Translations under genes and position numbers: made by a program
The notes under the pieces: generated by a model
Seen by the model: the letters and a program-made list of their open reading frames with translations, nothing else
Database searches by the model: none
Told to the model about the DNA's origin: nothing
Part shown: positions 46,661-58,700 of the stretch, in pieces
How positions within the stretch are numbered: position 1 is the first letter of the stretch
Layout: each line of letters starts with the position of its first letter
Origin: Octopus sinensis
Taxonomy: Eukaryota
Reading direction: 5' to 3'
DNA length: 64,000 nucleotides
NCBI RefSeq assembly: GCF_006345805.1
Contig: NC_043010.1
Span: 28,768,001-28,832,000 of the forward strand

Positions 46661-48200
46661 TCTCTTTCACTCAAGCTTTGCTTTCTATCACGTAATCCTC
46701 TCTTTCACCCTGAACACCCCCACTCAAGCTTCCTTTACTATTAATCCCCTCTTTCACGCAAGCTTTCCTTTCTATCAATTTTTTTCTTCAGCTACTCTTT
46801 TTTCTCCGCTTATTTTGGTAGCTTTTTGATTATTTATTTCATTCTCGTACATTTCTCTATATTTCACTTATTCCTTTTTACCCCTCATATTTTATCTTTT
46901 GAATAATTTTTCCCTCTTTTCAGATGAATTGTTTTGACACTTATTTCATCTATTCCTCTCTATCTACAACTTGTTTCTTCCTCAGCAGTCTCTTCTTTTC
47001 TCTCATTCTCCTTATCTTTAGCAGACAATTATAATTTCCGTTATTAAAAAAAAAATCTAATCCCTGATCACCTCTCGCACTGTGTCTCTCACTCTAGTTT
47101 TTTCTTTCTTTTTCATCTCACGCACTTTCCGAATGGTCTCTTGTTTCTCTTTAACATTCTATTTCATTTCTCTGCGAATCCTTCCCATTTTCTCCTTCTT
47201 TCCTCTCTCTTTCCTTAATATCTCTTAATTTCGACTACTTTCTTTTAGTCTTCTCATTTCTCTCTCTCTCTCTCCACACACATATCTGTATATATATATA
47301 TATATATCCATCATTCTCTCTTCTGACATATAACTTACCTTTTCTATTTCTTCCCCCTTTTGCTCTCTCCCTTCACTTGCAATTTTACTCTTCCATTATT
47401 TTCACTTACATATGCTTCTTATCCTCTCCCGCCGCAATTTCCATGGCCCTTCCTCTCACTACAACTCTCTCTCCCTCTCTCTTTCTATGTGTGTGTGTGT
47501 GTGTCCGACTATCTTTCCTCTCTATCTCTCTTGTCAAGTTTCCTTTCTCTCTCTTCTCAACCACTATCCAGTATTATTTCTCCCTTTCTTTGTCTCTCAT
47601 TCACTCGCTCTCTCTCTCTCCTCCTTCCCCTTCTCATGTTTCCCACGGTTACCTCCACTTAAGTGTTTAATTTTTGTTTTCCACACTCTCTCATTCTTTG
47701 TCTCCCTCTTTTCACAATTCCCCCTCCTTCAATTCTTTCTCTTTCATTTTCCTATCACTAATCCATCAACATCTGTTTATCTCCTTGATTTCGTACTAAA
47801 CCATGCCATCCTTCCTTGGATAGACAAGAATTTTATTAAGACTGTTTACCATAATTTGTTACACAATCTTCTTAGACTTGACATCTATTTTCTATTAGTA
47901 ACTTAGACGTTTATTCCTCCGCCTTCTCCCTTCTCCTGACACACACTCTCTATCTCTCACTCTATTTCTCTTTCTCTCCTACTCTATTTCTCTCGCTCTC
48001 TCTCTTTGCATTCATTTCTCTGTGTATCGCTTTCTATGTACATATTTACTCCCCTTCTCAACATGACTTCACTCATCGTCCCTATTTATTTCTCTGTCTG
48101 TTCCATCCTCTCCTCCATCACGTGCCTTCATCTTTGATTCTCCATATATTCCCCTCTTTTTTATTATTGTATTCCTCCCGTCCCTTTTTCCACTACATTA
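46640..48200 (+). repeat. ~1.6-kb pyrimidine-rich (CT) tract
   Basis: Direct inspection; purines are scarce on the plus strand. Confidence 0.9.
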
Positions 48201-49620
48201 CATAAATTCAGTCCACGCACATGTTTCCCGACACAGTAATCTTAATACATAGATTTATTGACAGATCATATATATATATATTTATATTTATCGTGTATAT
48301 TTGTTTATATTGAATTATGTATGCATGTGTATGTGTGTGCATGCAAAGCCATTTGTATTTACCTGCTTCTATGTGTATGAATATGAATCTATCTAGATAG
48401 ATAGAATATAGATAGCTAGTCAGCTGGAGATGTCTTCCTGAGGCTACAAGCTACAGTAGCATCAACCCTTAAGGGTTAGTCACATTTAGGTGGCAAATAT
48501 ACTTCACGATATATATATACAGTAACTCACTTTTTCGATTGGGGTTAAGTTCTACATTCAAAATTATGTAACAAAACAAAGTATCTGACTTAACACACAC
48601 ACAGATATATATATCCAATCTGACTATAAGAAATTTCTTTTATACACTGCTGGTCACAATACACTTCTAATTTTCCCTAGATTGTTTTTTCCGTACGAAA
48701 GGCAACCATGCCGCTTCCCGCAAGGCGCTTGAAATTGTATTTTATGTAATAAAAACATGCTGGAATTTCAATATCTATGTGTAACAATATTTTAAAATAT
48801 AAAAAAAGAAATATTTGAAACTGAAATCCCCACTTACAGAAAAAATAAAAAAAATAAAATGTCTCACTATATATTCACGATTGATTTTATTCCATGTTCA
48901 AGCTTATATGGTAACAAATAGCATTGATATTTCGAAATTTATTTTCCATGCCCAATTTTTTAAACTGTAAATGCACACAAATATGCAGGTTTTATCGCAT
49001 AAACCACAGGTGTCTATATTTATCCTTTCCAGAGCGGAGGGGGTAAATAAAAAGTGAAACCGAAGCATCTGTACTCCAAAATTTGGTTACCATGTAAAGT
49101 ATCCAATTCTAATTATTATATATCAATTCATAGCTAGGATGCTTAAAAGGAATACTAAAAGTATTTAACTGGGACTATACTTTAGCGACCCTAATCCGAA
49201 GTGTTATTAGACGGGCATTTGTTCTACGTTCTAACGATTCTGCTAATTCACCGTCTTCTCTAAAATAACGGTTTCTTATTCATGCATGAATTCAGGAAGG
49301 TAAAATGCGAAGTTGTTACTTTAAAGCTTTCTCAAAAACATTAATAACGAAATCGATGAAAAGCAGTTCCAACTGAGAACTTACAAACGAGTTACAATTG
49401 TTCAATCGGTATTTAACTGCCACATTAAGGCAGACGGCGTAGAACCGCGTGTAAGCTTAATATTATTTAACAGGACACAAGCAGATGCGCGCGCACACAT
49501 CTTACATAATAAAATGTCACAGATGCAGTGTTAGACATTAAGCTGTTGCAAAACCAAGTCTGTAACTTCGGTTTGATTCCCGTTGCTATTTTGACTTAAT
49601 CCGACAATGACGGAAATGTG

Positions 49621-50038
49621 GGATCTTTTCGGTTTGAACGGCAGTTTTTAACATAATTTCTAGGTAACTAAAAAATTTTAAACTTCGTATACTGGTAGAA
49701 TGTGTTTATAAAACATCTTTTTCTCTTGGCTTTATTGAGAAAATTCTATAGTATGTAAGATATTTGTTGTTTTTTTTTTCTTCAATTTCTGCAATTTCAA
49801 CCAATCACTGACGTCTATTGAGTTAAAAACTATTCTGTGCCGTGTGAATATGTCCCTCGTTTAAGAAACAGATTGGGTTTATTTACATTTCTAAAGAAAA
49901 AAAGATACCCTTCCCCCACCTCCAACCCTAACCCTAAAAGAGATTGAAATGCAATAGATCGATTCTAGGGTCATAATTATGGGTGACAATTTCATATGAC
50001 ACCGCTAGAAAAAACTGCCGTTCAAACCGAAAAGATCC
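49621..50038. mobile_element. Merlin-like MITE with 29-bp perfect TIRs and 8-bp TSD
   Basis: TIR GGATCTTTTCGGTTTGAACGGCAGTTTTT; TSD GAAATGTG at 49613-49620 and 50039-50046; internal CCCTAACCCTAA. Confidence 0.85.
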
Positions 50039-50475
50039 GAAATGTGTTAAAACGTCAAAAATCCCATTATCCACTGTTCCAGGTTAATTGGAGTTGGACA
50101 TGTCTAAATTCGATGTGTCAAGAAATTGCGAACCTATCGCATTGAAACGTGGGATTAACAAAATCATACTTCAAATTTGTGACAAAGGTGCAAATTTGAT
50201 GTAATTTATAAAGTAAAATGGGAAATCCAAGAAAAGTGACAACAACTTCTGTTGACAATAATTACAGGAAAAAAAAAAGAAATGGTACAGACAACCATAG
50301 CTAGCTGAGTAGTAAAAAGTTTGTTTCCCACCCACAAGGTTCCAGGTTCAGTCACACTCATGGCACCTTGGGCAAGTGTCTTCTACTATAGCCTTGGGCT
50401 GAACAAAGCCTTGTAAGTGAACTTGGTAAAGGAAAACTGAAAGAAGCCTATTGTGTATGTGTGTGTGTGTGTATG

Positions 50476-50517
<42 letters not shown>

Positions 50518-51992
50518 GTGATGCAAACAGGAAAAGTAGCACTCCAAATATGAGTATATGTATATTTTTATTAATATTTAGCAGAAGCAACTCAAGGACC
50601 AAGGAGTTTTTTTTTGTGTTGCCAACTCATGAAACTTTTGCCCCTTAACTCTGATGCTTTTACTAAATATCAAAGTTTATATATAAATCTCTCGGAGTGG
50701 TTGGTGTTGGGAAGGGCATCCAGCTGTAGAAACTCTGCCAGATCAGATTCGAGTCTGGTTCACCAGATCTCAGTCAAATCGTCCAGCCCATGCTAGCATG
50801 GAAAGCAGTCGTTAAACGATGATGATGATAAATATATGTGTGTGTGTGTGTGATTCACCCATGGCAGTGGGTGAATATATTAAAGATCAACTTTTAGTTA
50901 CTTGTGAGCACTTATATGCTTCGTCACTAATTCAGTTCTCAACCAAATTGAATGTGTTTGTGTGTAATTTTACCAATGATACTCTGGTCCTAAGCTACAT
51001 TTTGAGATCAGAAAATTCAAATTTGGTTCATTAAAAAAGAAATTAGGTTAAAATATGTGAGCTCAAAATGGGAGAGTAAGGCGAAAAATTGACTTTGAAT
51101 CAAGATATATCTTATTTTAAAAGAAAAATTTAGATTAATTGGGTTTAAAAGAGTGTGCCCATTGAGAAAAATCTTTTGGTGAAAACATCATTAAAAAGTA
51201 TGAGCTAGGAAAAAAGTTATGTGACCTTAAGTGACAAAAAAATAGCAACCCCCAAAATTGACATTGAATCAAAATATCTCAGCAATGTTGAAGAAAACTA
51301 TACAATAGTTGTATTCAAATGAAAGAGCTCTATGAAATGAACCTTATGGTGAAAACCTTGTCAAAAAAATATTAGCTACAAAAAGAGTGGTGTGGCTTTA
51401 AATGACCGGGAAAAAAGGTAATCATTTTAACAAGTTAAAATATTTTTGTCATTTTAAGACATTTTAGCATTATAAAAGATAGTATCTGATGTCAAGGGCC
51501 ACTTAGCTTAATGGTAGAGAGCACTTAACCCAAGTTTGAACAATATGGGTTTGACTCTCTGTAGTGGCTCCCCAGCCACTTTTTTTCTGTTTTTTTTTTT
51601 AAGAATATTTGACTAATCTTTTAAGCTGTTTTCACAGCTATTCCGTGTTCAGGGCTTACCTCAAAGTAAAAGAGCTCTATGCGAAGAATCTCATGGTGAA
51701 AATTTTGTCAAAACATGAGCTGCAAAAAATGTTGTGTGGTTTCAAGTGATAAAAAAAAAGGGTAATTTCAAGAAATCAAAATATTTGTGTCTTTTTAAGA
51801 GAAAAATAATATAATTTGAGCTGAAATAAAAAGTGTTTATTGAGATGAATATTTTTGAGAAAACTTTATCTTAGCATAAAAATAGTTCTGATTTTTTGCA
51901 ATTTCATATTAATTTTTATTATTCTGTTTATGTATTAAAATATGTACATATTAAAACATTAAATTAAATATTTTATTTATTTAAGAAATTAA

Positions 51993-52547
51993 TCTTATAT
52001 TATAAAAGAGAAGCTGATCTCTGTCACAACATCTATTAGAGAAGGGAAGGAAAAGTTGTTGAGAGAGAAATACAATGAGTGAGTGAGAAAGGGTGTGTAT
52101 GTATGTGATAGATAGACAGATAGATAGATAGACAGGTATTGTTGTCATCATAATAACTAACAAATTTTGATTAGAAATACAGTAATTTTCAGTGCGAGTC
52201 TGTCAATACAATGCAACACAGACTTAAAAAAATAAATAAAATATTTAATGGTTATATATATATATTTATCCTTTTGGTTGTTTGTGTGTGTTTTGCTGTG
52301 TGTCTTTCAACATATAGACAACGCAACACAGACTTTAAAATGGTGCTCCAGCATGGCCACAGTCAGATGACTGAAACAAGTAAAAGAGTAATATAGATAG
52401 CACAACACAAACTTTAAAAAATACTTTCACTTCAACAACAGGTTGTTGTTGAGTATATCAATACAATCCTTGTAGGTTTCTACTGAAGGATCCATTTAAT
52501 CTTGACTAGGTCATTACCTGGCAGTATAGCGACAGGTATGGACCTAG
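51993..52547 (+). mobile_element. Non-autonomous Helitron-like element
   Basis: 5' A|TCTTATATTATAAAAGAG; 3' hairpin ACCTG(52516-52520)/CAGGT(52533-52537) then CTAG|T; related minus-strand copy at ~57575-58091. Confidence 0.6.
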
Positions 52548-52884
52548 TTATAAAACAAATATGCTGTTATTCATCCTTTGTTAATTTTAGGTGCCACCAA
52601 AATTCCTAAGTTTGAACAAAATCTGTATTTAAAAAAATATTTGCAATAAGGTCACTTTTTCAATTATAAAGGTAAATATCATAATAATAGAAGTGTAGTC
52701 TGGAATAAAAATGGACTAGAATGAAAAATGCGGGTACAGAATCCTAAAGTATTCTAAAGTACTGAACCTGTAAAAGTATAGAACAACCCTAAGAAAATAC
52801 AAGACAAGAAGAGCAGAAAAAAAAATATTGAAGTATTGTTGCTGAAGTTAGAATTTGTTAAATAAATTTCTGAAAATATTCATC

Positions 52885-53278
52885 AGCAGGAGTGGCTGTG
52901 TGGTAAGTAGCTTGTTTACCAACCACATGGTTCCGGGTTCAATCCCACTGCGTGGCACCTCGGGCAAGTTTCTTCTACTATAGCCTCGGGCCGACCAAAG
53001 CCTTGTGAGTGGATTTGGTAGACGGAAACTGAAAGAAGCCCGTCGTATATATATGTATATATATATATATGCGTTTGTGTGTCTGTTTGTCCCCCTAGCA
53101 TTGCTTGACAACCAATGCTGGTGTGTTTATGTCCCCGTTACTTAGCGATTTGACAAAAGAGACCGATAGAATAAGTACTGGGCTTACAAAGAATAAGTCC
53201 CGGGGTTGAGTTGCTCGATTAAAGGCGGTGCTCCAGCATGGCCGCAGTCAAATGACTGAAACAAGTAAAAGAGTAAAT
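52885..53278 (+). mobile_element. SINE family A, well preserved copy
   Basis: A-box TGGCTGTGTGG, B-box GGTTCAATCCC, CCTCGGGCAAG CORE-like block, (TA)n middle, AAATGACTGAAACAAGTAAAAGAG tail. Confidence 0.9.
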
Positions 53279-53984
53279 AGTGTAAACTTGCAGGCAATTA
53301 GTCTTTTCAGTAGAATTGAAAATGAATAGCTTCTTGACTATTTAAATTTAAACTTTGAAGTAAAAATTAAAAAAATATAAAAGGGCATTTATTACCATTT
53401 TCGTTTTTAAATTCTAACTTCAGCAGCAATATTTTAATTTTTTTTTCTTCATGTTCTGTTCTTTTCCAGGAAAAATTACTGCTTGTTCTGTACTTCTCCA
53501 GGTTCAATACTGAAGAATATTTTAGGATCCTGTGCCCGTAATTTTCATTCTTGTGTGTGTGTGTTCTGTGTGTTTGTCACCCACCACCGCTTGACAACCA
53601 GTGTTGGTGTATTTACGTCCCTGTAATTTAGCGGTTCGGCAAAAGAGACCGACAGAATAAGTATCAGGCTTTAAAAAAAATAAGTACTAGGGTCAATTCA
53701 TTGGACTAAAATTCTGAGTGCCCCAGCATGGACGCTGTCTAATGACTGAAACAAGTAAAAGATAAAAGACAATAGGACAATAGAGACCATTCTTCCTGTT
53801 GATTGAAGATCGAGGTTACTTCGGTACATTATCTGAAATTATTGATAACGTACCGATATTACCGTCCTGTCAACAGCTGACGAGGGAACAAGTATTTTTC
53901 ATACCTGTGTCTTGTCCTGTGCACTTTACCTGTTGACTGCGCTTATTTTTTTCTTCCGTCTGATCGTGAGATTGGCAACAATTA

Positions 53985-54490
53985 AGGCGGCGAGCTGGCA
54001 GAAACGTTAGCACGCCGGGCGAAATGCGCAGCCGTATTTCGTCTGCCGTTACGTTCTGAGTTCAAATTCCGCCGAGGTCGACTTTGCCTTTCATCCTTTC
54101 GAGGTCGATAAATTAAGTACCAGCTACGCACTGGGGTTGGTATAATCGACTTAATCCGTTTGTCCCCTCTGTGTGTAGCCCCTTGTGGGCAGTAAAGAAA
54201 TAGATATTTCGTCTGCCGTTACGTTCTGAGTTCAAATTCCGCCGAGGTCGACTTTATCTTTCATCCTTTCGGGGTCGATAAATTAAGTACCAGTTATGCA
54301 CTGGGATCGATGTAATCGACTTAATTTCTTTGTCCTTGTTTGTCTCCTCTATGTTTAGCCCCTTGTGGCAATAAAGAAATAAGAATCGTTACCGCGCCGG
54401 AATAAAAATGGTTAGCGATATTTCTTCTGACCTAACGTTTCGCCTTCAAATTCCGCCGGGGTCGACATTGTCTTTCATAAGTACTAGTCA
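53985..54490 (+). mobile_element. Tandem MetaSINE array (two near-identical units plus a degenerate third)
   Basis: TATTTCGTCTGCCGTTACGTTCTGAGTTCAAATTCCGCCGAGGTCGAC at ~54036 and ~54205; CpGs intact. Confidence 0.9.
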
Positions 54491-55699
54491 ATTAAATAAG
54501 TAACCCCAATTCGCTGGAAACCAATATTATGGTCACAATTAAGAGAGTTTGAAAGGTTTAATTATTGTTATGAATGAAGAATTTAACGGTCAGGGCTCTC
54601 GCTCCTTTTGTCTGAGAAAAGATAAAGTGGTATCAGTCGCTTTGTGGAGCTTATATAAGATGACGAACTTCAAGGACTCATAAGGGTAACCCCCAAAATA
54701 ACTTTTATTTTTTTTATTAAACCATATAAAAAGTTAGTTTTGAGTTAATTATCTTGAGAGTGTATGTCATTTTTATAAGCTTATTTATACTACAATACGT
54801 AATACACATGGAAAAAAAAATCATGTGTAGACACGTACACACGACATGCGCACGAAAAATCGACACTGCCGAGTTTTATATCCTGAGGACACTACATTTT
54901 ACTCTCAGCGTCTTCCTTCATCCGTTTTATCGTATTGTATTTTAGCATCTATGATCTGGATCACCGGAAACATTAAAAGAAAAAGAAGAAAAAACGCCAG
55001 ATATCCACTTAACGCCAGCTTCTGACTGCCCACAGGTCCATGTGGTCAGGAAGCTGGTAGAGACATGGGCGTGACTGGATGCATTCAACACCGCCGCCCT
55101 TCCTCTTTTCCTGCGACCTTTGTTGTATGAAGAAGCCAAGAGCACTTTTATAAAGCAATGCTTTAGGACTACTTAATCTGACAGAAGGGCGAGTCACACA
55201 ACAAGGCTGACTAGCAAGCAGACAATATCAAGACAAGCCGCTAGGTAGGCAGCCAGACAACATTGACTGACATATTTATACATACACACGCATGTCACTT
55301 CTCCTCCTCTCTCGTATCCTTCTTTCCCCCCTCCCTTCCTCTCATGACGGTTGAATGGTAGATGACATAAACATTAGGCAAAATATATTTTAAAAGTGAA
55401 CATCTTTAATGTAAACTCTTAGTGGCAATAAAACTTATACATGAAAACGTCATGGTAGCCTTTTGAAACACACACCCGACACATTTATAGTTGCTTTGTC
55501 GTATCAAGATAAACCGAAGAGAGAGAAAAATATGGTCAAAAAAGGAATGACGCTGTAAGGGTAAGCAAATGGGAAACGGGAATTTTCATCAGCAACAATC
55601 AACAGTTATTTTATTTGACGGCGTAAGAAAAATTCATCTTATTTTGACTTAAATGTAATTTACCAGAATTGCAATAATCGGAGTGGAATGTGAACTATG

Positions 55700-56720
55700 A
55701 TCTGATAATCTTGATGTGGTACGGACAGCTTTTTAGGTTTCAGATACCGTTAACATTAATTGTTTATCCTTGTTACACCCGAAAGAAGTATTAACTTTTA
55801 TTTGAGGTTCTGTTGCCCCAGAAAATTCCGAAATCATTTTTGTGCACTATCTATGATAACTAGTTAAACTCCATTAAAACACTTTCGGTCGGTGAATATT
55901 CGAAACAACGCAACACAAGGCTCATTGCTCCCACATAAATGGTCACTGAGTCTGTTAATAAATATATAAGAGCTATTCAGATCCTTAGCTTAGGTTGTAA
56001 CATGAAAAATGTCACGGCTGACACAGATGAAGAATATATTCGCGATTCATTCATAGCTGGAATCATTTCTGCTCGGATACAAGCTAGAATCTTGGAAAAC
56101 AAAACTCAAGCCTTAGTGTCAACCGTAAATCAAGCTGTGTTCAAGAATTAACTGTGGACGATTGGCTTTACTCTTCAAATATAAAAGGCTCATTCAGTAG
56201 CCTCCCGCGAAAATGGCCAGAAGACAATTTTGAATTCTGAGACAAGTCTGACATTTAAAAGGGGCAAGATTTCTTTTGTGTAGCTAGGCCTCGTCCGAGT
56301 CAAAGATGTTATTTCTGCGGGAATTTTTCTGCGACACAATCATATTTAATGTCCTAGCCACGACAATAATTGTTTCAAGTATAAGAAAATGGAACACTTT
56401 TCAAAGATCTGTAAATCTTAGAAAGAACTGATTAGCGTTTTTATTTTCAGCGCAAAACTTGTCTGTATATCTTCTGATTTTATCATAGCCTTAGCCCTTC
56501 ACGGAACTTCTATAAATGTGTCGTGACATGATACAAGTTTTGAAAATTTCATCCTTGAATTAGTTGTGCATTTTGAATGTTGTCTACAAAAAACTATAAA
56601 AGTATGATAGATGGTTCACCGACTAAGAAATATTGTGAACTAGCATTAAAGGTGAAAGACTACACATACTGTCAAATAGACTTCCTCGCATTAGTGGTGT
56701 GTAATGTAATGGAACTGATT
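55700..56720 (+). mobile_element. Ty3/gypsy gag-protease remnant
   Basis: ESVNKYIRAIQILSLGCNMKNVTAD..EEYIRDSFIAGI.S.RIQARILENKT resembles gypsy Gag; followed by decayed CYFCG...HNH..CP and H..KICKS knuckles; no LTRs identified. Confidence 0.6.
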
Positions 56721-57179
56721 AATTCTTCACACTGTTTGGGTGCAACCTATTTCCTTTCTTTAATTTCCAGAAACTACCAGTCAGGAACAAGAACGCAACC
56801 TTAAAAATATATATACTCTTTATTTCTTATTTGCAAAAGAAGTATGTTGAGATATTGGTATCCACTTGGTTCGATATAGCAAGGCTGAACTTTAACATTT
56901 GTAAGATTCTAACAACAAATTCAGCAGCAACAGAGCAGGTCAAATTCTAAGCGTCTGGGACAGGAGAATGTCTGATCACACGTTTAACACGTCCTTTCTC
57001 TTCAATAGCCGTGTCTCAAGTCAACGACGCTAACAAGGAACGCGATAGAATTTTCTTCCCCAGTCTCAAGCGCATGTGCATGAGGGAACTTCCTTAGGCC
57101 TTTCCAGAAGGTTCCAGCCCCGCACACGCACACTGAAGAATGACGTTGCGTGTGCACACACTGGAAAATGACGTCACTA

Positions 57180-57569
57180 CAGGTGTCATATGAAATTGTC
57201 ACCCATAATTATGACCCTAGAATCGATCTATTGCATTTCAATCTCTTTTAGGGTTAGGGTTAGTTAGGGATGGGGGAAGGGTATCTTTTTTCTTCAGAAA
57301 TGTAAATAAACCCAATCTGTTTCTTAAACGAGGAACATATTCATACAGCACAGAATGTTTTTTTTACCTCAATAGACGTATTTGATTGGTTGAAATTGCA
57401 GAAATTGAAGAAAAAAAAACAACAAATATCTTACAAACTAAAGAATTTTCTCAATAAAGCCAAGAGAAAAAGATGTTTTATAAACACATTCTACCAGTAT
57501 ACGAAGTTTAAAAGTGTTTAGTTACGTGGAAATTATTTAAAAAAACTGCCGTTCAAACCGAAAAGATCC
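57180..57569 (-). mobile_element. Second copy of the Merlin-like MITE (one TIR missing)
   Basis: Reverse complement of 49621-50038, with (TTAGGG)n at 57248-57269 and an intact TIR ending at 57569. Confidence 0.85.
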
Positions 57570-58504
57570 GACTGGCACTTAAAATTTGTGTTTTTTTAAT
57601 CTAAACTTGTTAGTTACTATGGTGACAACACTACCTACGGTAACTATCTATCTATCCTTCACTCTCTTTCTTTCTTTCTCTCTCTCTCTCTCCCTCTCTG
57701 TATTTCTCTCTCAGCAACCTGTCATTATAGAGAAATTTTCTTTTTAAAGTCTGTAGTGCATTGTCTATATGTTGAAAGACATGGAAACACACACAAACAA
57801 ACAAAACGATAACTATGTATTACATATACATGTATATATACATATAGTTATTTGTTTGAAGTTTGTGTTGCGCTGTGTTGACAAATTTGTACTTAAAATT
57901 CCCGCGTTTTTAATAAAAATTTGTTAGTTACTATGGTGACAACACACACACACACTCTCTCTCTCTGTATTAGTTTTTAAACAACTTTTCTTCCCACCCT
58001 TCTCACTTTGATTTTTCTCTTTCTTCACTCCCTCTAATAGATGTGACGGACAGACAGGTGGAGATTAGGTTCTCTTTTATAATATGATAGAATTTCACCC
58101 ACAATTCAAACAGAAGAACGAATTCCAATCAAGACGCGAATATCTTAAAATGATGGCCGGAGAACTCCTTGGTGACGAACCTAAAGAAATAATTTTAGTA
58201 TCCAAAAGATAAAAATGGGTAACTCACGAGGATTTTGCGGGATTTGTCCCTTCAAAAAAAAAAAAAGAAAGAAAAAAAAGAGTATAATTTGCTGTCAAAA
58301 GTGACAGATTTCCCCATGTAAAACCCACAGAAATGAAACAGTTTTGCGCTCGAACTGTCTAACTTATCTTTTTTAATGTTTTGTATATATTTTTCTATGA
58401 AAATTTTATTTGGGCCACTGTAACTTTGTTTTTCTTGTTTTCTAGAGACAAACGTTTTAGTTTCGGTCTTACAGTGTTGCATATTTCTAACGAATCATGG
58501 ACAG

Positions 58505-58700
58505 TTTGCGAAAACGAGGTGGAACGTTGGTTTACGTATTTAGATGACATATATTCAGTCATCCATCCATTTTCCCTGCCCACTATTCCTGGGAGAGTCT
58601 ATAGAGCCCTCGGGCACCTCATCCACAGGATCCTATCAGAAGCAACCGTCATTATGCTTTCCGTTTGGATTCCCAAGCATAACCACTGAGACCACAAGCT
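58505..58700 (+). mobile_element. Possible Penelope RT remnant
   Basis: RWFTYLDDI (W.RY.DD-like) and, in another frame, FLGESI..SG..STG.YQK (FL.....G...T..YRK-like). Confidence 0.35.

Noticed and set aside
47360-47906. Hydrophobic Leu/Phe/Ser-rich ORFs as membrane proteins (also 21782-22331, 45447-45773)
   Set aside because: Products of CT-rich low-complexity DNA with no recognisable domain
52885-52960. tRNA genes at the SINE heads (also 14500-14576, 38077-38150, 53985-54070)
   Set aside because: A/B boxes are present, but there is no complete cloverleaf or acceptor stem and each continues into a SINE body
53870-53900. Hammerhead at CTGACGA (53877-53883)
   Set aside because: No downstream GAAA or stem II closure; at most a truncated relic
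57128-57180. Hammerhead at CTGAAGA...GAAAATGACGTC
   Set aside because: Stems I and II do not pair
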